Positions 1 through 10,539 of a DNA stretch of 64,000 bases are shown here, piece by piece (positions within the stretch are counted from its first letter, which is position 1; every line of letters starts with the position of its first letter). The position numbers and the translations under genes are program-made. The notes below the pieces were generated by a model. That model did no database searches and was not told the origin of the DNA. It saw nothing but the letters and a program-made list of their open reading frames with translations. Source of the DNA: Flavobacteriales bacterium UBA7468 (GTDB lineage: Bacteria > Bacteroidota > Bacteroidia > Flavobacteriales_D > Crocinitomicaceae). The stretch lies in assembly GCA_002478565.1 (NCBI GenBank), contig DLPC01000016.1:11700-75699 (forward strand), in the 5' to 3' direction.

Positions 1-434
1 GAAATATTCTCAAAACTTACAAGCAGCGGTAGTAAGGGTGATGACGGAATGGCGAGCGGAGGGGAAAGCATATCAAGTTTTCCATCAAAGAAGAAAAAGT
101 AATTGTAGTTTCCCATGAAACCAAGCTCTGCACGCTTCGCGGGATTAGGAGAGGCCATTGCTTCTTTTAAAGCGAAGTCTTTTCGGTTGACAGTGACAAT
201 GGCATCTTCAACGCCATCTGCATCAAGCTGCGCTCGATAAATTTGCATCGAAAAGGTTTCGTTTGCTTGGATGTTCAATTTTGCTCGAACCATGCGATCG
301 GCGTATTGCTCAAGGGTTTGCTTTCCTTTGGTAGGTAATTCTTGCGTTTGAATTTCTTGTGTTTCTTGCTTGCTGGTTTCTTCACAAGCAAACAAAAGCA
401 AACTGAAAACGGTAAATAAAAGATATTTTTTCAC
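1..434 (-). CDS. lipoprotein of unknown function (partial, runs off window start)
   Basis: Not in the ORF track. Reading the reverse complement from GTG at 434-432 gives VKKYLLFTVFSLLLFACEETSKQ..., a signal peptide with lipobox LFAC. The frame stays open to base 1. Confidence 0.55.
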   Translation of the reverse strand, partial: MKKYLLFTVFSLLLFACEETSKQETQEIQTQELPTKGKQTLEQYADRMVRAKLNIQANETFSMQIYRAQLDADGVEDAIVTVNRKDFALKEAMASPNPAKRAELGFMGNYNYFFFFDGKLDMLSPPLAIPSSPLLPLLVSFENI

Positions 435-647
435 AGTACAAATATAAGCAACCAATAGAACGTTTATACACAATTATATGGGAGTTATATACAAAAAATG
501 TTGAAAAATACTCTGGAAGACACGTTATATTAAAGCCTTGTTAATAAGCAAGATAACTCATGTTATTTACTTTGTTGCATGAAAATATTTATTTGAAATG
601 AAACTTTCAAAAGCAACATGGCGTAAGAGCACCAAAAATAAAACAAC

Positions 648-839
648 ATGACAACAAGCATACAATCACTCCGCACTAAATCAATTCGTCAAGCAAAGCT
701 GAAACTAGATCAGCACCGTGAATTAGGTACTAAAAGTGCACTAAATATTTTTGAAGTTGCTGAATTGTTAGACAGCATTCGCAACACAGAAAACAAAATG
801 ATCGAAGAGCCACAAGCCTTCGCCTTGATACTCAACTAA
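648..839 (+). CDS. small hypothetical protein (63 aa)
   Basis: ATG-initiated ORF in an otherwise empty intergenic region, followed 24 nt later by a hairpin plus T-run. No recognisable family. Confidence 0.4.
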   Translation: MTTSIQSLRTKSIRQAKLKLDQHRELGTKSALNIFEVAELLDSIRNTENKMIEEPQAFALILN

Positions 840-862
840 TCAAAGTTGTTTTTTAGATAGAG

Positions 863-888
863 AAGACCGCCATGAGTGGTCTTTTTTT
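863..888 (+). terminator. rho-independent terminator after the 63-aa ORF
   Basis: Stem AAGACCGC (863-870) pairs with GTGGTCTT (76-83 of the same decade block) including one G-U pair. The loop is 5 nt and TTTTTTT follows. Confidence 0.6.
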
Positions 889-901
889 ATTTGCCTATTT
901 T

Positions 902-2080
902 TTAGTGTGCAATGACGCCGCTTCCTAATAATTCGTCACTTGCATACCAAGCTGCAAATTGACCAGGTGTTATTCCCTTTTGAAGCGTTGCAAATAAGAT
1001 GTAGTGATCCTCGCCCTTACGAATCAAAATGGCTTCCTGCAGAGGTTGTCTGTATCGGATTCTAACTTGACATTTTAAAACGCCCTCTTTTTGGAAGGTT
1101 TTATGCTCATTGAACCAAGAAATTTCACTCCTCTCCAGCTTTAAGGCCCAACGATTGAGTCCAGGATGACTTTCTTTTTGTCCGCTAAATACAATGTTAT
1201 TGCGTGTGTCGATTCCAATAACAAAACTGGGCTCAGGTCTGCCGCCAATATGCAAACCTTTGCGCTGCCCGATGGTGTAGTAGTGGGCGCCTTGATGAGT
1301 TGTTACTTGTTTGCCGTCTGAAATTTGATATTCAAAAGACTTCGCGAGTTCTTCAATATTTTCAATCGAAGGATTCAGTTCATGATATGCCTTTAACTGT
1401 GGTAGCGCTGGATCTACTTCAATAATAGGACCTTCTTTGGGAGCTAATTGTTGTTGAAGAAAAGTAGGCAGTGCAATTTTACCTACAAAACAGAGGCCTT
1501 GAGAGTCTTTCTTGTTGGCTGTTACCAATCCTTGTTCTTCTGCAATTGCACGAACTTCAGCTTTTTGTAAATGCCCAATAGGGAAAAGTGCCTTGGCTAA
1601 TTGATCTTGGCTTAACTGACACAAAAAATAAGATTGATCTTTATTAGGGTCCGCTCCGGCTAATAAACTAAATGAGCCGTCCGTATTTTCTCTTTTTTGA
1701 CAATAATGCCCAGTGGCAACGAAGTCGGCACCGAGGTCAAGCGCTGCATTCAAGAAAACATCGAATTTGATTTCTCGGTTACAAAGTACATCCGGGTTAG
1801 GGGTACGGCCTGCCTCGTATTCCTTGAACATATAATTGACTATGCGTTCTTTGTATTGCTCGGATAAATCGATAACTTGAAACGGTATACCCAATTGCTG
1901 TGCAATTAAAAGTGCATCGTTAGAGTCGTCAATCCAGGGGCATTCGTCAGAAAGAGTTACACTTTCGTCGTGCCAATTGCGCATGAACATGCCAATGACT
2001 TCATAGCCTTGTTGTTGCAACAGATAAGCTGTTACACTGGAGTCAACACCACCAGAAAGTCCTACGACAACTCTTTGCAT
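902..2080 (-). CDS. mnmA: tRNA 2-thiouridine(34) synthase MnmA
   Basis: 392-aa ORF with PP-loop [10 protein letters not shown] at the N-terminus and the [11 protein letters not shown] block typical of MnmA/TrmU. Confidence 0.95.
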   Translation of the reverse strand: MQRVVVGLSGGVDSSVTAYLLQQQGYEVIGMFMRNWHDESVTLSDECPWIDDSNDALLIAQQLGIPFQVIDLSEQYKERIVNYMFKEYEAGRTPNPDVLCNREIKFDVFLNAALDLGADFVATGHYCQKRENTDGSFSLLAGADPNKDQSYFLCQLSQDQLAKALFPIGHLQKAEVRAIAEEQGLVTANKKDSQGLCFVGKIALPTFLQQQLAPKEGPIIEVDPALPQLKAYHELNPSIENIEELAKSFEYQISDGKQVTTHQGAHYYTIGQRKGLHIGGRPEPSFVIGIDTRNNIVFSGQKESHPGLNRWALKLERSEISWFNEHKTFQKEGVLKCQVRIRYRQPLQEAILIRKGEDHYILFATLQKGITPGQFAAWYASDELLGSGVIAH

Positions 2081-2089
2081 AATGCAAAG

Positions 2090-3664
2090 TTAGTGCTTCT
2101 TTGGTGCTTCTGCACCATTTTTTTCTAAAGCAATTTTTTCCAAGCTATTGATGCCATCAATAGCGGCAGAAACAATGCCACCTGCATAACCTGCTCCTTC
2201 AGCAATTGGATAGAGATTAGCAAGTTGAATGTGTTGAAAGGTAAGGGGGTCACGCGGGATAAGGACTGGAGAGGAGGTGCGGGATTCAGGTGCGTGAACT
2301 ACGGCATCGTTGGTTAAAAAGCCAGGCATTTTTTGGTTGAAATCAATAAACGCTTGTCGGAGACGCTTGTAGACAAACGCGGGGAAGATTTCCTTGAGAT
2401 TAACGCTTACTATTCCGGGTTGATACGATGATCGAGGAAAACTAGTACTGATTTTGCCATCGACAAAATCTTTGAGACATTGAGCCGGAACTTTTTGTGT
2501 TTTACCTGCAGCTTCCCAGCACCGTCTTTCAATTTCTTTTTGAAAGTCAAGACAAACAAATGGGTCAGTAGCGTTTTCAAAATCGCTGGGTTCAATTCCT
2601 ACAACAATTCCTGAATTGGAATAAATATTGTTTCTTTTAGAAGGGGACCACCCGTTGGTAACCACCTCTTGGGTTTCTGTAGCACAAGGTGCAATAATGC
2701 CACCTGGGCACATGCAAAATGAGTAAACGCCACGATTATCGACTTGAGTAACGAGACTATAAGAAGCAGGAGGTAGGTATTCGTCATGAAGACGGCCATG
2801 GTATTGAATGCCGTCAATATAGGCTTGTGTGTGTTCCACCCTTACGCCGAGCGCAAAAGGTTTTGGCTTCAGTGCCACTTGTTTTCGGTGTAACAAATCA
2901 AATATATCTCGGGCAGAATGCCCGGTTGCCAATATCAGGTTGTCAATGTTGATTTTTGCACTATTGTTGATTTCAATTTGCTGTATGCGGTTGTTGTCAA
3001 TGATAATATCTGTGAGTTTGCTTTCAAAGTGAATTTCGCCTCCTGCAATAAGGATTTGTTCTCTGATGGCTTCGATGAGCTGCGGTAGCTTATTGGTGCC
3101 GATATGTGGATGGGCATCAATTAGGATGTCTTCTTTAGCACCAAATTGAACCAATAACTCGAGTACTTTTTGAACATCACCGCGTTTCTTTGAGCGCGTA
3201 TAGAGCTTTCCATCTGAGTAGGTCCCGGCCCCGCCTTCGCCAAAACAATAATTAGACTCTGGGTTGAGCACGTGTTCTTTGGTCAGTTTGGCGAGGTCGC
3301 GTCGGCGCGCCCTGACATCTTTGCCGCGCTCATAGACAATGGGTTTAATGCCAAACAAAATAGCTTGGAGCGCGGCGAAGAGTCCGGCGGGGCCGGCCCC
3401 AACAATGTGCACAACCTGGGCTTTTGTGGCAAGGCTCTTGAACTCATAAGATTGAAATCTTGGAGTCAATTCGGTATCAATTGAAACTTCAAGCGTAACA
3501 TTGATTTTAATCTGGCGCTGACGCGCGTCAATGCTCCGTTTCTTCCAACGAAAATAAGGTGTTTGATGGGGTTTGAGCCTCAGTTCTTGTCGAACCTTTT
3601 GCTCGAGGTAAAGCGCATCTTGGGCCTCTTCTGGAGTGCAAGTAAATTGCAATTGGGTTGTCAT
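2090..3664 (-). CDS. FAD-dependent oxidoreductase (COG2509-type uncharacterized dehydrogenase)
   Basis: 524-aa ORF with dinucleotide-binding motif VGAGPAGLFAA. Overall pattern (GEGGAGTYSDGKL) matches this family. Confidence 0.8.
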   Translation of the reverse strand: MTTQLQFTCTPEEAQDALYLEQKVRQELRLKPHQTPYFRWKKRSIDARQRQIKINVTLEVSIDTELTPRFQSYEFKSLATKAQVVHIVGAGPAGLFAALQAILFGIKPIVYERGKDVRARRRDLAKLTKEHVLNPESNYCFGEGGAGTYSDGKLYTRSKKRGDVQKVLELLVQFGAKEDILIDAHPHIGTNKLPQLIEAIREQILIAGGEIHFESKLTDIIIDNNRIQQIEINNSAKINIDNLILATGHSARDIFDLLHRKQVALKPKPFALGVRVEHTQAYIDGIQYHGRLHDEYLPPASYSLVTQVDNRGVYSFCMCPGGIIAPCATETQEVVTNGWSPSKRNNIYSNSGIVVGIEPSDFENATDPFVCLDFQKEIERRCWEAAGKTQKVPAQCLKDFVDGKISTSFPRSSYQPGIVSVNLKEIFPAFVYKRLRQAFIDFNQKMPGFLTNDAVVHAPESRTSSPVLIPRDPLTFQHIQLANLYPIAEGAGYAGGIVSAAIDGINSLEKIALEKNGAEAPKKH

Positions 3665-4368
3665 CCTTCAAAAATCATTGAAAAATACCAAGCGCGGTTA
3701 TAGAGCTGATCTATAGGGTTTGAAACCGGTGTGAAATCTTGGATAAAACTACTTTTAAAGCCATGGCTATATTTGAGTTCTAGGCCAAATTTAAAATAGG
3801 GTGCGAAAAATTCAATGCCGGCCCCAATTTGTCCTTGCCAATCGTTTTTCTTGATTTTTACAAAAGGGTCGTAAAAATTTTGAGAGGCATCTTGCTGTGA
3901 TTGTAAATCAATGGAATATTGCATACCAAATAAAGAATAAGCGGTAAAATTATTGTAGCGCTTAGTCCGGAATTGCAACATCATTGGAAATTCTAAGTTG
4001 GTCGAATTGACACGTTGTTCGCCGTATCCGTTGGCAAACCAATTGGTATCAAGGCTTTTATATTGAAGTACGCGTTCTTGAAAAGACAAGGTAGGAATGA
4101 GGCGAAAACGAATGGTGGGTGTCCCGAGTTTAATTGTGGTTAAAATGCCTAGTTGACCACCCGGTTGCGCTTGGTTGGTCAAGGAAAGCAATTGGTATTG
4201 GCTATAGGCATTCGTTTTTGGCATGACAGTGAAGTCAGAGGTATTGACCCCTAGCATAAAGCCGAAGTGAATATAGCGTTTGTCGAAGTTTTTGTAGCGC
4301 TGTTGCTTTTGAGATTGACCGAACAATCCAAATGACAAGAAAAGAAAAAACAGGGCAATTAAGCGCAT
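3661..4368 (-). CDS. outer-membrane beta-barrel protein, PorT-family-like
   Basis: 235-aa ORF with signal peptide MRLIALFFLFLSFGLFGQ and an alternating beta-strand pattern. It sits immediately downstream of ubiE, the usual position of PorT-family genes in Bacteroidota. Confidence 0.6.
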   Translation of the reverse strand: MRLIALFFLFLSFGLFGQSQKQQRYKNFDKRYIHFGFMLGVNTSDFTVMPKTNAYSQYQLLSLTNQAQPGGQLGILTTIKLGTPTIRFRLIPTLSFQERVLQYKSLDTNWFANGYGEQRVNSTNLEFPMMLQFRTKRYNNFTAYSLFGMQYSIDLQSQQDASQNFYDPFVKIKKNDWQGQIGAGIEFFAPYFKFGLELKYSHGFKSSFIQDFTPVSNPIDQLYNRAWYFSMIFEG

Positions 4369-4397
4369 GTGCTACTAACGTAAAATGTTTGATTTTA

Positions 4398-5135
4398 TTA
4401 TGCTTCTGGTTTTTGTCCAACATAAATGCTGGCTATCCCACCGCTGAGTCTGATGGTTTTTTTAGACTCAAAACCAACTTTGTTCATGACAGCAACGAAA
4501 GCTTCACCCTCAGGAAATACAGCGACGCTTTCTGGTAGGTAAGTGTAGGCTCTTTCGTCTTTTGAAATGTACTTGCCAAACAGCGGAATCATCACATTGG
4601 AATAAAACGCAAAGAGTTGTTTGATTGGGAAAGCTTTTGGTTTTGAAAATTCTAGAACTACGGCAGTTCCGCCGGGTTTTAGAACGCGAAGCATTTCAGC
4701 AAGGCCTTTCTCGAGATTTTCAAAATTTCTGACACCAAAACCCACAGTTATGGCATCAAAAGTTGCCGTTTCAAAGGGCATATTTTCAGAATCACCAAGC
4801 TGCATGTCGATGATATGATCAAAAGCTCGTTTTTTCATTTTGGTTTTCCCGACCTCAAGCATGCCGGAGGATATATCCATTCCGATAATCTTCGTGGGCT
4901 TGAGTTTCAGGCTGGCAATGGCGAAGTCTCCGGTGCCAGTTGCCAAATCTAGGATCATTTTTGGTGCTTTTGACTGCAGTTGTTTGACTGCCTTTTTACG
5001 CCAAAGATGGTCTATGCCTAATGATAAAAAGTGGTTGAGAAAATCGTAATTGGCAGAAATGTTATTGAACATCTGTGCAACTTCTTCTTTTTTTGTTTTC
5101 CCAGAATCGTAGGGTTTGACTACTTTTTCAGACAT
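4398..5135 (-). CDS. ubiE: demethylmenaquinone / ubiquinone methyltransferase UbiE/MenG
   Basis: 245-aa ORF with the FNNISANYDFLNH block and SAM-binding motif LDLATGTGD. Confidence 0.9.
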   Translation of the reverse strand: MSEKVVKPYDSGKTKKEEVAQMFNNISANYDFLNHFLSLGIDHLWRKKAVKQLQSKAPKMILDLATGTGDFAIASLKLKPTKIIGMDISSGMLEVGKTKMKKRAFDHIIDMQLGDSENMPFETATFDAITVGFGVRNFENLEKGLAEMLRVLKPGGTAVVLEFSKPKAFPIKQLFAFYSNVMIPLFGKYISKDERAYTYLPESVAVFPEGEAFVAVMNKVGFESKKTIRLSGGIASIYVGQKPEA

Positions 5136-5137
5136 AG

Positions 5138-6124
5138 TTATGATAGTTTTTGAAGCGCTTCTTCAAGTAAAAGTTGTTTGTTGATCCTGACCACACCAGG
5201 GCTTTCGCAGACCAGGCCTCCTGCTAAGTTGGCAACTGCTGCAATGAGTTGGGGTTGCGCCCCACAAATAAGACATAAGCTTGCTGTGGCAATGACGGTA
5301 TCACCAGCTCCTGAAACATCGGCAATGTTGCGTATGTGAGCAGGTTGTTTATGATGTTTTTGACCATCGTAAAGCTGAACGCCATGCTCCGACAAGGTTA
5401 CAAATGAAAACTGGTTGTTCAGCTGTTTTTGTAGTTCAACCAATGCGTTGTCGAGTGCTGCTGAATTGCTCGTGTAATCAAAAGTTAGTCCGAGGCCTTC
5501 TTTGAGTTCTTTTAGATTTGGTTTAAAAAGCGTACAGTGTTGGTAGCTTAAAAAGTTCTTCTTTTTAGGGTCAACGGCAGTAGGGATGTTTCGTTGATTG
5601 GCTTCTGAGATGATCCAGTGAATCATTTCAGAGGTAAGTACACCTTTATTGTAATCTTCTAAGATAATGCCATCTACACCATTTTCGAGCTGCTGTAAAA
5701 TAGCTGCTTTTAAATCTTGTGTTTCTTGCGCGCTCAAATCGTGTTGATCTTCGGTGTCTATGCGTAACAACTGCTTGCTGTTTGACAATACCCTTGTTTT
5801 AATCGTGGTTTTACGGCTTGAAGAGCAAAGCATGGCCTCTACATTGAGCTGCGCTTCCTTGAATAACTGCAGCAATTGTTCACCCGCTTGATCTTGGCCA
5901 ATAACACTTGCGATGAGTGGTTTTGCACCCAATGCTTGTAGATTTAAGGCAACATTGCCTGCGCCTCCAATACGCTGCTCTTGGTATGCAAAATCAACAA
6001 CAGGAACTGGTGCTTCAGGGCTCATGCGATTCACAGTGCCGTGCAAGTAGGCGTCTGTCATGACGTCTCCAAGTACTAGGACACGTTTACCGTTGAATGC
6101 ATCAAAAAGCGCCTGGAGCGTCAT
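5138..6124 (-). CDS. PfkB-family carbohydrate kinase (RfaE/HldE domain-I-like heptose-phosphate kinase)
   Basis: ORF track gives 5138..6154. I prefer the ATG at 6124 (MTLQALFDAFNGKRVLVLGDVMTDAY), which removes a 29-bp overlap with the upstream aminotransferase. C-terminal PfkB motif DVSGAGDT is present. Confidence 0.8.
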   Translation of the reverse strand: MTLQALFDAFNGKRVLVLGDVMTDAYLHGTVNRMSPEAPVPVVDFAYQEQRIGGAGNVALNLQALGAKPLIASVIGQDQAGEQLLQLFKEAQLNVEAMLCSSSRKTTIKTRVLSNSKQLLRIDTEDQHDLSAQETQDLKAAILQQLENGVDGIILEDYNKGVLTSEMIHWIISEANQRNIPTAVDPKKKNFLSYQHCTLFKPNLKELKEGLGLTFDYTSNSAALDNALVELQKQLNNQFSFVTLSEHGVQLYDGQKHHKQPAHIRNIADVSGAGDTVIATASLCLICGAQPQLIAAVANLAGGLVCESPGVVRINKQLLLEEALQKLS

Positions 6125-6125
6125 G

Positions 6126-7352
6126 TTAGTTGAGTTTAGCAAGTGCTTCTGCAATGCGATCTACAGCTTTTTGAAGGGTTTCTTCAGAGGCAGCGTAGCT
6201 AATGCGAAAACAATTTGGATCTCCGAATGCGGCGCCACCTACGCAAGCGACCAAAGCATCTTCTAGGAGATACATACAAAGTTCATCAGAGTTGGAGATG
6301 GTCTTTCCGTTCACAGTTTTACCAAAGTAGGCAGAGCAGTCCGGGAAAACATAAAAAGCACCGCCAGGATTATTGACTTTGAGCCCTGGGATATTTCTTA
6401 AGCCTTTAAGAACTAAATTTCTGCGACTTTCAAAGGCAGTGATCATGTCTTTGAGCGTAGCTGGATCCGCATCCATAGCTGCAATGGTAGCGCGCTGGGT
6501 AATGGAGCAAGTTGCCGAGGTGAATTGACCTTGCACTTTATCACAAGCTGCAGCAATTTCTTTTGGCGCACCGATATAACCAAGCCTCCAACCAGTCATG
6601 GCCCAAGCTTTAGAGACACCATTGACCGTTACAACCTGATTGTATATTTCAGGAAATTGCGCCAAACTTTCGTGCTTTCCGATGAAATTAATGTGCTCAT
6701 AGATTTCATCGCTCATGGCAATAACCTGCGGGTATTTAGCCAGCACACGTGCGATGTCTTGTAATTCTTCTTTGGTGTAAACCGAGCCTGTTGGATTACA
6801 AGGCGTGGAAAACATTAACATTTTGGTTTTTGGGGTAATCGCTGCCTCTAAATCGGCACCTGTAATTTTAAAGTCTTTGTCGATCCCAGCTGAAATAACA
6901 ACCGGAACTCCTTCAGCTACCTTTACAATTTCTAAATAAGAAACCCAGTAGGGTGCAGGAATGATTACCTCGTCTCCTGGATTGATTAAACTAAGGACCA
7001 AATTGGCAATACTTTGCTTGGCACCTGTTGACACAACAATTTGATCTTTAGCGTAGGTCAAGTTGTTGTCGCGGAGGAATTTTCTAGAAATGCTCTCGCG
7101 TAGGTCGTCATAACCCGGGACAGGTGTGTAAGTCGTGTAATTATCTTTGAGCGCTTGAACAGCAGCATCTTTGATGAATTCAGGGGTATGAAAATCAGGC
7201 TCGCCAAGAGAGAGGGAAATGACGTCTTTTCCTTGTGTTTTTAGTTCTCTACTTTTTTTAGCCATGGCGATGGTCGCAGACTCTTCCATCGCGAGTAAAC
7301 GCTCAGATAATTGGATCATAATTGGAATTTGTGCAAAGGTAGTAAAATGCAT
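6126..7352 (-). CDS. pyridoxal-phosphate-dependent aspartate aminotransferase (class I)
   Basis: 408-aa ORF with GEPDFHTP, a PLP-lysine block [13 protein letters not shown] and an aminotransferase class I layout. The real start may be the internal MIQLSERL at 7319. Confidence 0.85.
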   Translation of the reverse strand: MHFTTFAQIPIMIQLSERLLAMEESATIAMAKKSRELKTQGKDVISLSLGEPDFHTPEFIKDAAVQALKDNYTTYTPVPGYDDLRESISRKFLRDNNLTYAKDQIVVSTGAKQSIANLVLSLINPGDEVIIPAPYWVSYLEIVKVAEGVPVVISAGIDKDFKITGADLEAAITPKTKMLMFSTPCNPTGSVYTKEELQDIARVLAKYPQVIAMSDEIYEHINFIGKHESLAQFPEIYNQVVTVNGVSKAWAMTGWRLGYIGAPKEIAAACDKVQGQFTSATCSITQRATIAAMDADPATLKDMITAFESRRNLVLKGLRNIPGLKVNNPGGAFYVFPDCSAYFGKTVNGKTISNSDELCMYLLEDALVACVGGAAFGDPNCFRISYAASEETLQKAVDRIAEALAKLN

Positions 7353-7374
7353 GGAATTGACTTATCTTTGTTGC

Positions 7375-8052
7375 ATGCGTATTGATATCATTACTGTCCT
7401 CCCTCAATTACTTGAAAGCCCTTTTGCAGCCTCGATCATGCAGCGCGCCCAAGATAAGGGTCTTGCAGCAATTCACGTACACAATTTACGCGACTACGCA
7501 GACAACAAACACCGCAACGTAGACGATTATCAATATGGTGGCGGAGCCGGGATGGTCATGAGTGTAGAGCCCATTTCAAAAGCCATTGAAAAACTCAAAG
7601 CTGAACGGACCTACGACGAAATTATCTACATGACGCCAGATGGTGCTGTTTTAGATCAGGCCATGTGTAATCAGTTGTCTTTGAAACAAAATATCATCAT
7701 TTTATGTGGGCACTATAAAGGTGTGGATCAACGCATTAGAGATCTTTATATTACCAAAGAAATTTCAATTGGATCTTATGTCCTGAGTGGAGGAGAGCTC
7801 GCGGCAGCAATTGTGGTAGATGCGGTGGTACGCCTCATTCCGGGTGTATTGAATGACGAAACATCCGCACTCACAGATTCTTTTCAAGATAATTTACTCG
7901 CACCACCTGTGTATACCAGGCCGCCAGAATTTATGGGCATGAAAGTGCCTGAAGTCTTATTGAGTGGTAATCCAAAAGATGTTGCTGCTTGGCGCGAAGC
8001 ACAGGCCTACGAAAGAACCAAAGATCGTAGACCCGATTTATTGGAGGATTAA
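7375..8052 (+). CDS. trmD: tRNA (guanine37-N1)-methyltransferase TrmD
   Basis: ORF track starts at 7219, but that extension overlaps the divergent aminotransferase. The ATG at 7375 gives [17 protein letters not shown]..., a canonical TrmD N-terminus of 225 aa. Confidence 0.95.
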   Translation: MRIDIITVLPQLLESPFAASIMQRAQDKGLAAIHVHNLRDYADNKHRNVDDYQYGGGAGMVMSVEPISKAIEKLKAERTYDEIIYMTPDGAVLDQAMCNQLSLKQNIIILCGHYKGVDQRIRDLYITKEISIGSYVLSGGELAAAIVVDAVVRLIPGVLNDETSALTDSFQDNLLAPPVYTRPPEFMGMKVPEVLLSGNPKDVAAWREAQAYERTKDRRPDLLED

Positions 8053-8082
8053 TTTGATTTTACGTATTTGCTACACTTAATG

Positions 8083-10380
8083 TTAGTCTTCTAATATTTG
8101 AAGATTTGCAAAACGCAACAAGACAGTTTTGGAGCCATGTTGCGGAAAGAAAATAGTGGCTTTTTTATCAGGGCCGCTGCCTTCTATTTTTAGTACTTTT
8201 CCTTTTCCAAAGCGGTCGTGTGAAACGTTGGTGCCAACCATTAACTGCTCATTTCCGGTGTCGTTTGTGGGTCTTGAGCTTGCTGCGGTTTGACTGACTT
8301 CTTTTAAAGAACGCAATTTGGGTGCAGGGCTACCCAAGGGTTTATTGAGCCCGCCGCTAAAGCCTCGGTCAATGGCACCTGAACCCATTAAAGAACGTCC
8401 AGCGCTATTGCGATTCACTGATTCAAATTGTAAATATTGTGGGTCAATTTCGTCAATAAAACGAGAAGATTCACACATGATGGGTTGCCCCCAAGTAAAA
8501 CGGCTCGTGGCGTAGGATAGCATGCAGCTTTTCATACCGCGGGTGAGGGCTACATAGAACAAGCGTCGTTCTTCTTCAAGTTCTGATCTTGAGTTGAGCG
8601 CCATTTGTGAGGGGAAGAGGTTTTCTTCAAGCCCAACGATAAAGATATGAGGAAATTCAAGCCCTTTACTAGAGTGGATGGTCATGAGGCTAATGTGGTT
8701 GCGGTCTTCGGGGTTTTCTTGGTCTGCGTCAGTGAGCAGAGCGACGTCAACCATGAAGTCTGCGAGTGTACGCAGCGTTCCGTCTTCGTTACCTTTGACA
8801 AATTCTTGAATACCGGACAAAAGTTCCTCGACGTTCTGAAATCGTTCTACTTCTTCGGGGCCTTTATCTTTTTCGGAGATGAGCTCACGGATGATGCCCG
8901 ACGATTTGGCAATGCGGTCGGCTAGGGTATAGGCATCTACTTTTTCAAGTTCGGCCCCAAAACTATCGATCATGGTAACGAACTCGTAAATTTTACTCTT
9001 AGCCGCCGACCCAACATCGGCCGGAAAACGATTGAAATCCCGAACAACCTCCCAAATGCTTGTGCTGTAATTATTGGCTGCGATGATGAGGTTTTCTACG
9101 GTAGTTTTACCGATGCCGCGCTTTGGGTAATTGATCACGCGTTTGAAAGCTTCTTCGTCGTGGGGGTTGGCCGCCAGCCTGAAATAGGCGAGCAAATCTT
9201 TGATTTCTTTACGCTGGTAAAATGAAAGCCCACCATAGATTTTATAAGGCATATTGAGTTTGCGTAAGGCTTCCTCAAAGGCGCGCGATTGTTTGTTGGT
9301 GCGATAGAGGATGGCGAAATCTTGAAAGCGTCCGCCTTCAGCGGTTTTCTTTTCGAATATGGCTTGAGCAATGCTGCGTCCTTCTTCGTTGTCGGTGAGC
9401 GAGCGCAGTACCTTTATTTTGCCACCTTCTTGATTGTCTGTCCAGACGGTTTTAAAAATTTGGTCTTTGTTCTTTTTAATCACGCTATTGGCTGCCTCGA
9501 CTATGTTTTTGGTGCTGCGGTAATTTTGCTCTAGCTTGTAAAGGGCAAAATCAGGGTAGTCTTTTCTGAAATTGAGGATGTTCTCGATGTTGGCGCCTCT
9601 GAATGAGTAGATGCTTTGTGCGTCGTCACCAACCACACAAATATTTTGGTAAGCAGCAGCTAATTTTTTGACGATGAGGTATTGTGCGTAGTTCGTATCC
9701 TGGTACTCATCTACCAAAATATATTGAAACTTTTGTTGGTAGTAATGCAAGACATCTGGGAAGTCACGCATGAGCACATTCGTGAAATAAAGGAGGTCAT
9801 CGAAGTCCATAGCGCCCGCTTTCTGACAGCGATTGGCATAGGCTTGAAAAACTTTTCCGATTTCGGGTCTACGGGCTTGTTTGTCCTCGAGTTGGATTTC
9901 TTCATTGGCCAAGTAGGCTTCGGGTGAGATCAGGTTGTTTTTGGCAGCTGAAATGCGTCCAAACACCATGCTGGGTTTGTATGTTTTGTCGTCGAGGTTG
10001 AATTCCTTGATGATGTCCTTGATGAGGCTTTTTGAATCTTGGGTGTCGTAAATGGTGAAATTATTTGGAAAGCCAATTCGCTCAGCATTGAAGCGTAAAA
10101 TTTTAGAGAACACCGAGTGAAACGTACCCATTGAGATATTTTTTGCCTCTGCGCCCCCAACAATTTGACCAATTCTTTCGGTCATTTCCTTTGCGGCTTT
10201 GTTGGTAAAGGTCAAGGCCAAAATATTAAAAGGATCAACGCCTTGCTCCATCATGTGTGCAATGCGATAAGTGAGTACGCGCGTTTTGCCAGAGCCTGCT
10301 CCGGCAATGACCATAATTGGGCCATAAATATGTTCAACGGCAACCCGCTGACTTTCGTTCAATTCGTCTAAGTAGGACAT
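8083..10380 (-). CDS. ATP-dependent DNA helicase, UvrD/PcrA/Rep family
   Basis: 765-aa ORF with Walker A AGAGSGKTRVLT and the DEYQDTN and VGDDAQSIY helicase motifs. Confidence 0.9.
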   Translation of the reverse strand: MSYLDELNESQRVAVEHIYGPIMVIAGAGSGKTRVLTYRIAHMMEQGVDPFNILALTFTNKAAKEMTERIGQIVGGAEAKNISMGTFHSVFSKILRFNAERIGFPNNFTIYDTQDSKSLIKDIIKEFNLDDKTYKPSMVFGRISAAKNNLISPEAYLANEEIQLEDKQARRPEIGKVFQAYANRCQKAGAMDFDDLLYFTNVLMRDFPDVLHYYQQKFQYILVDEYQDTNYAQYLIVKKLAAAYQNICVVGDDAQSIYSFRGANIENILNFRKDYPDFALYKLEQNYRSTKNIVEAANSVIKKNKDQIFKTVWTDNQEGGKIKVLRSLTDNEEGRSIAQAIFEKKTAEGGRFQDFAILYRTNKQSRAFEEALRKLNMPYKIYGGLSFYQRKEIKDLLAYFRLAANPHDEEAFKRVINYPKRGIGKTTVENLIIAANNYSTSIWEVVRDFNRFPADVGSAAKSKIYEFVTMIDSFGAELEKVDAYTLADRIAKSSGIIRELISEKDKGPEEVERFQNVEELLSGIQEFVKGNEDGTLRTLADFMVDVALLTDADQENPEDRNHISLMTIHSSKGLEFPHIFIVGLEENLFPSQMALNSRSELEEERRLFYVALTRGMKSCMLSYATSRFTWGQPIMCESSRFIDEIDPQYLQFESVNRNSAGRSLMGSGAIDRGFSGGLNKPLGSPAPKLRSLKEVSQTAASSRPTNDTGNEQLMVGTNVSHDRFGKGKVLKIEGSGPDKKATIFFPQHGSKTVLLRFANLQILED

Positions 10381-10539
10381 GGAAATTTGCTGTACCCAAA
10401 AGTAGTATTTTAGAGCGCTTCAAATCCATTTAAAAAGCAGTATTTTTGCACAAAATTGCCGCTTGTTTCAAAACTGTTTCAGGAAGCGAAACTTAAGGAC
10501 AGTATTTACGTACAGAACTCAGTTATTATTTGAAAACGC

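Noticed and set aside
6126-6154. 29-bp same-strand overlap between the aminotransferase and the PfkB kinase
   Set aside because: It disappears if the kinase starts at the ATG at 6124, which also gives the conserved N-terminus. It is an annotation artefact rather than biology.
7219-7374. N-terminal extension of trmD in the ORF track
   Set aside because: The extension overlaps the divergent aminotransferase coding region. The canonical TrmD N-terminus MRIDIITV starts at 7375.
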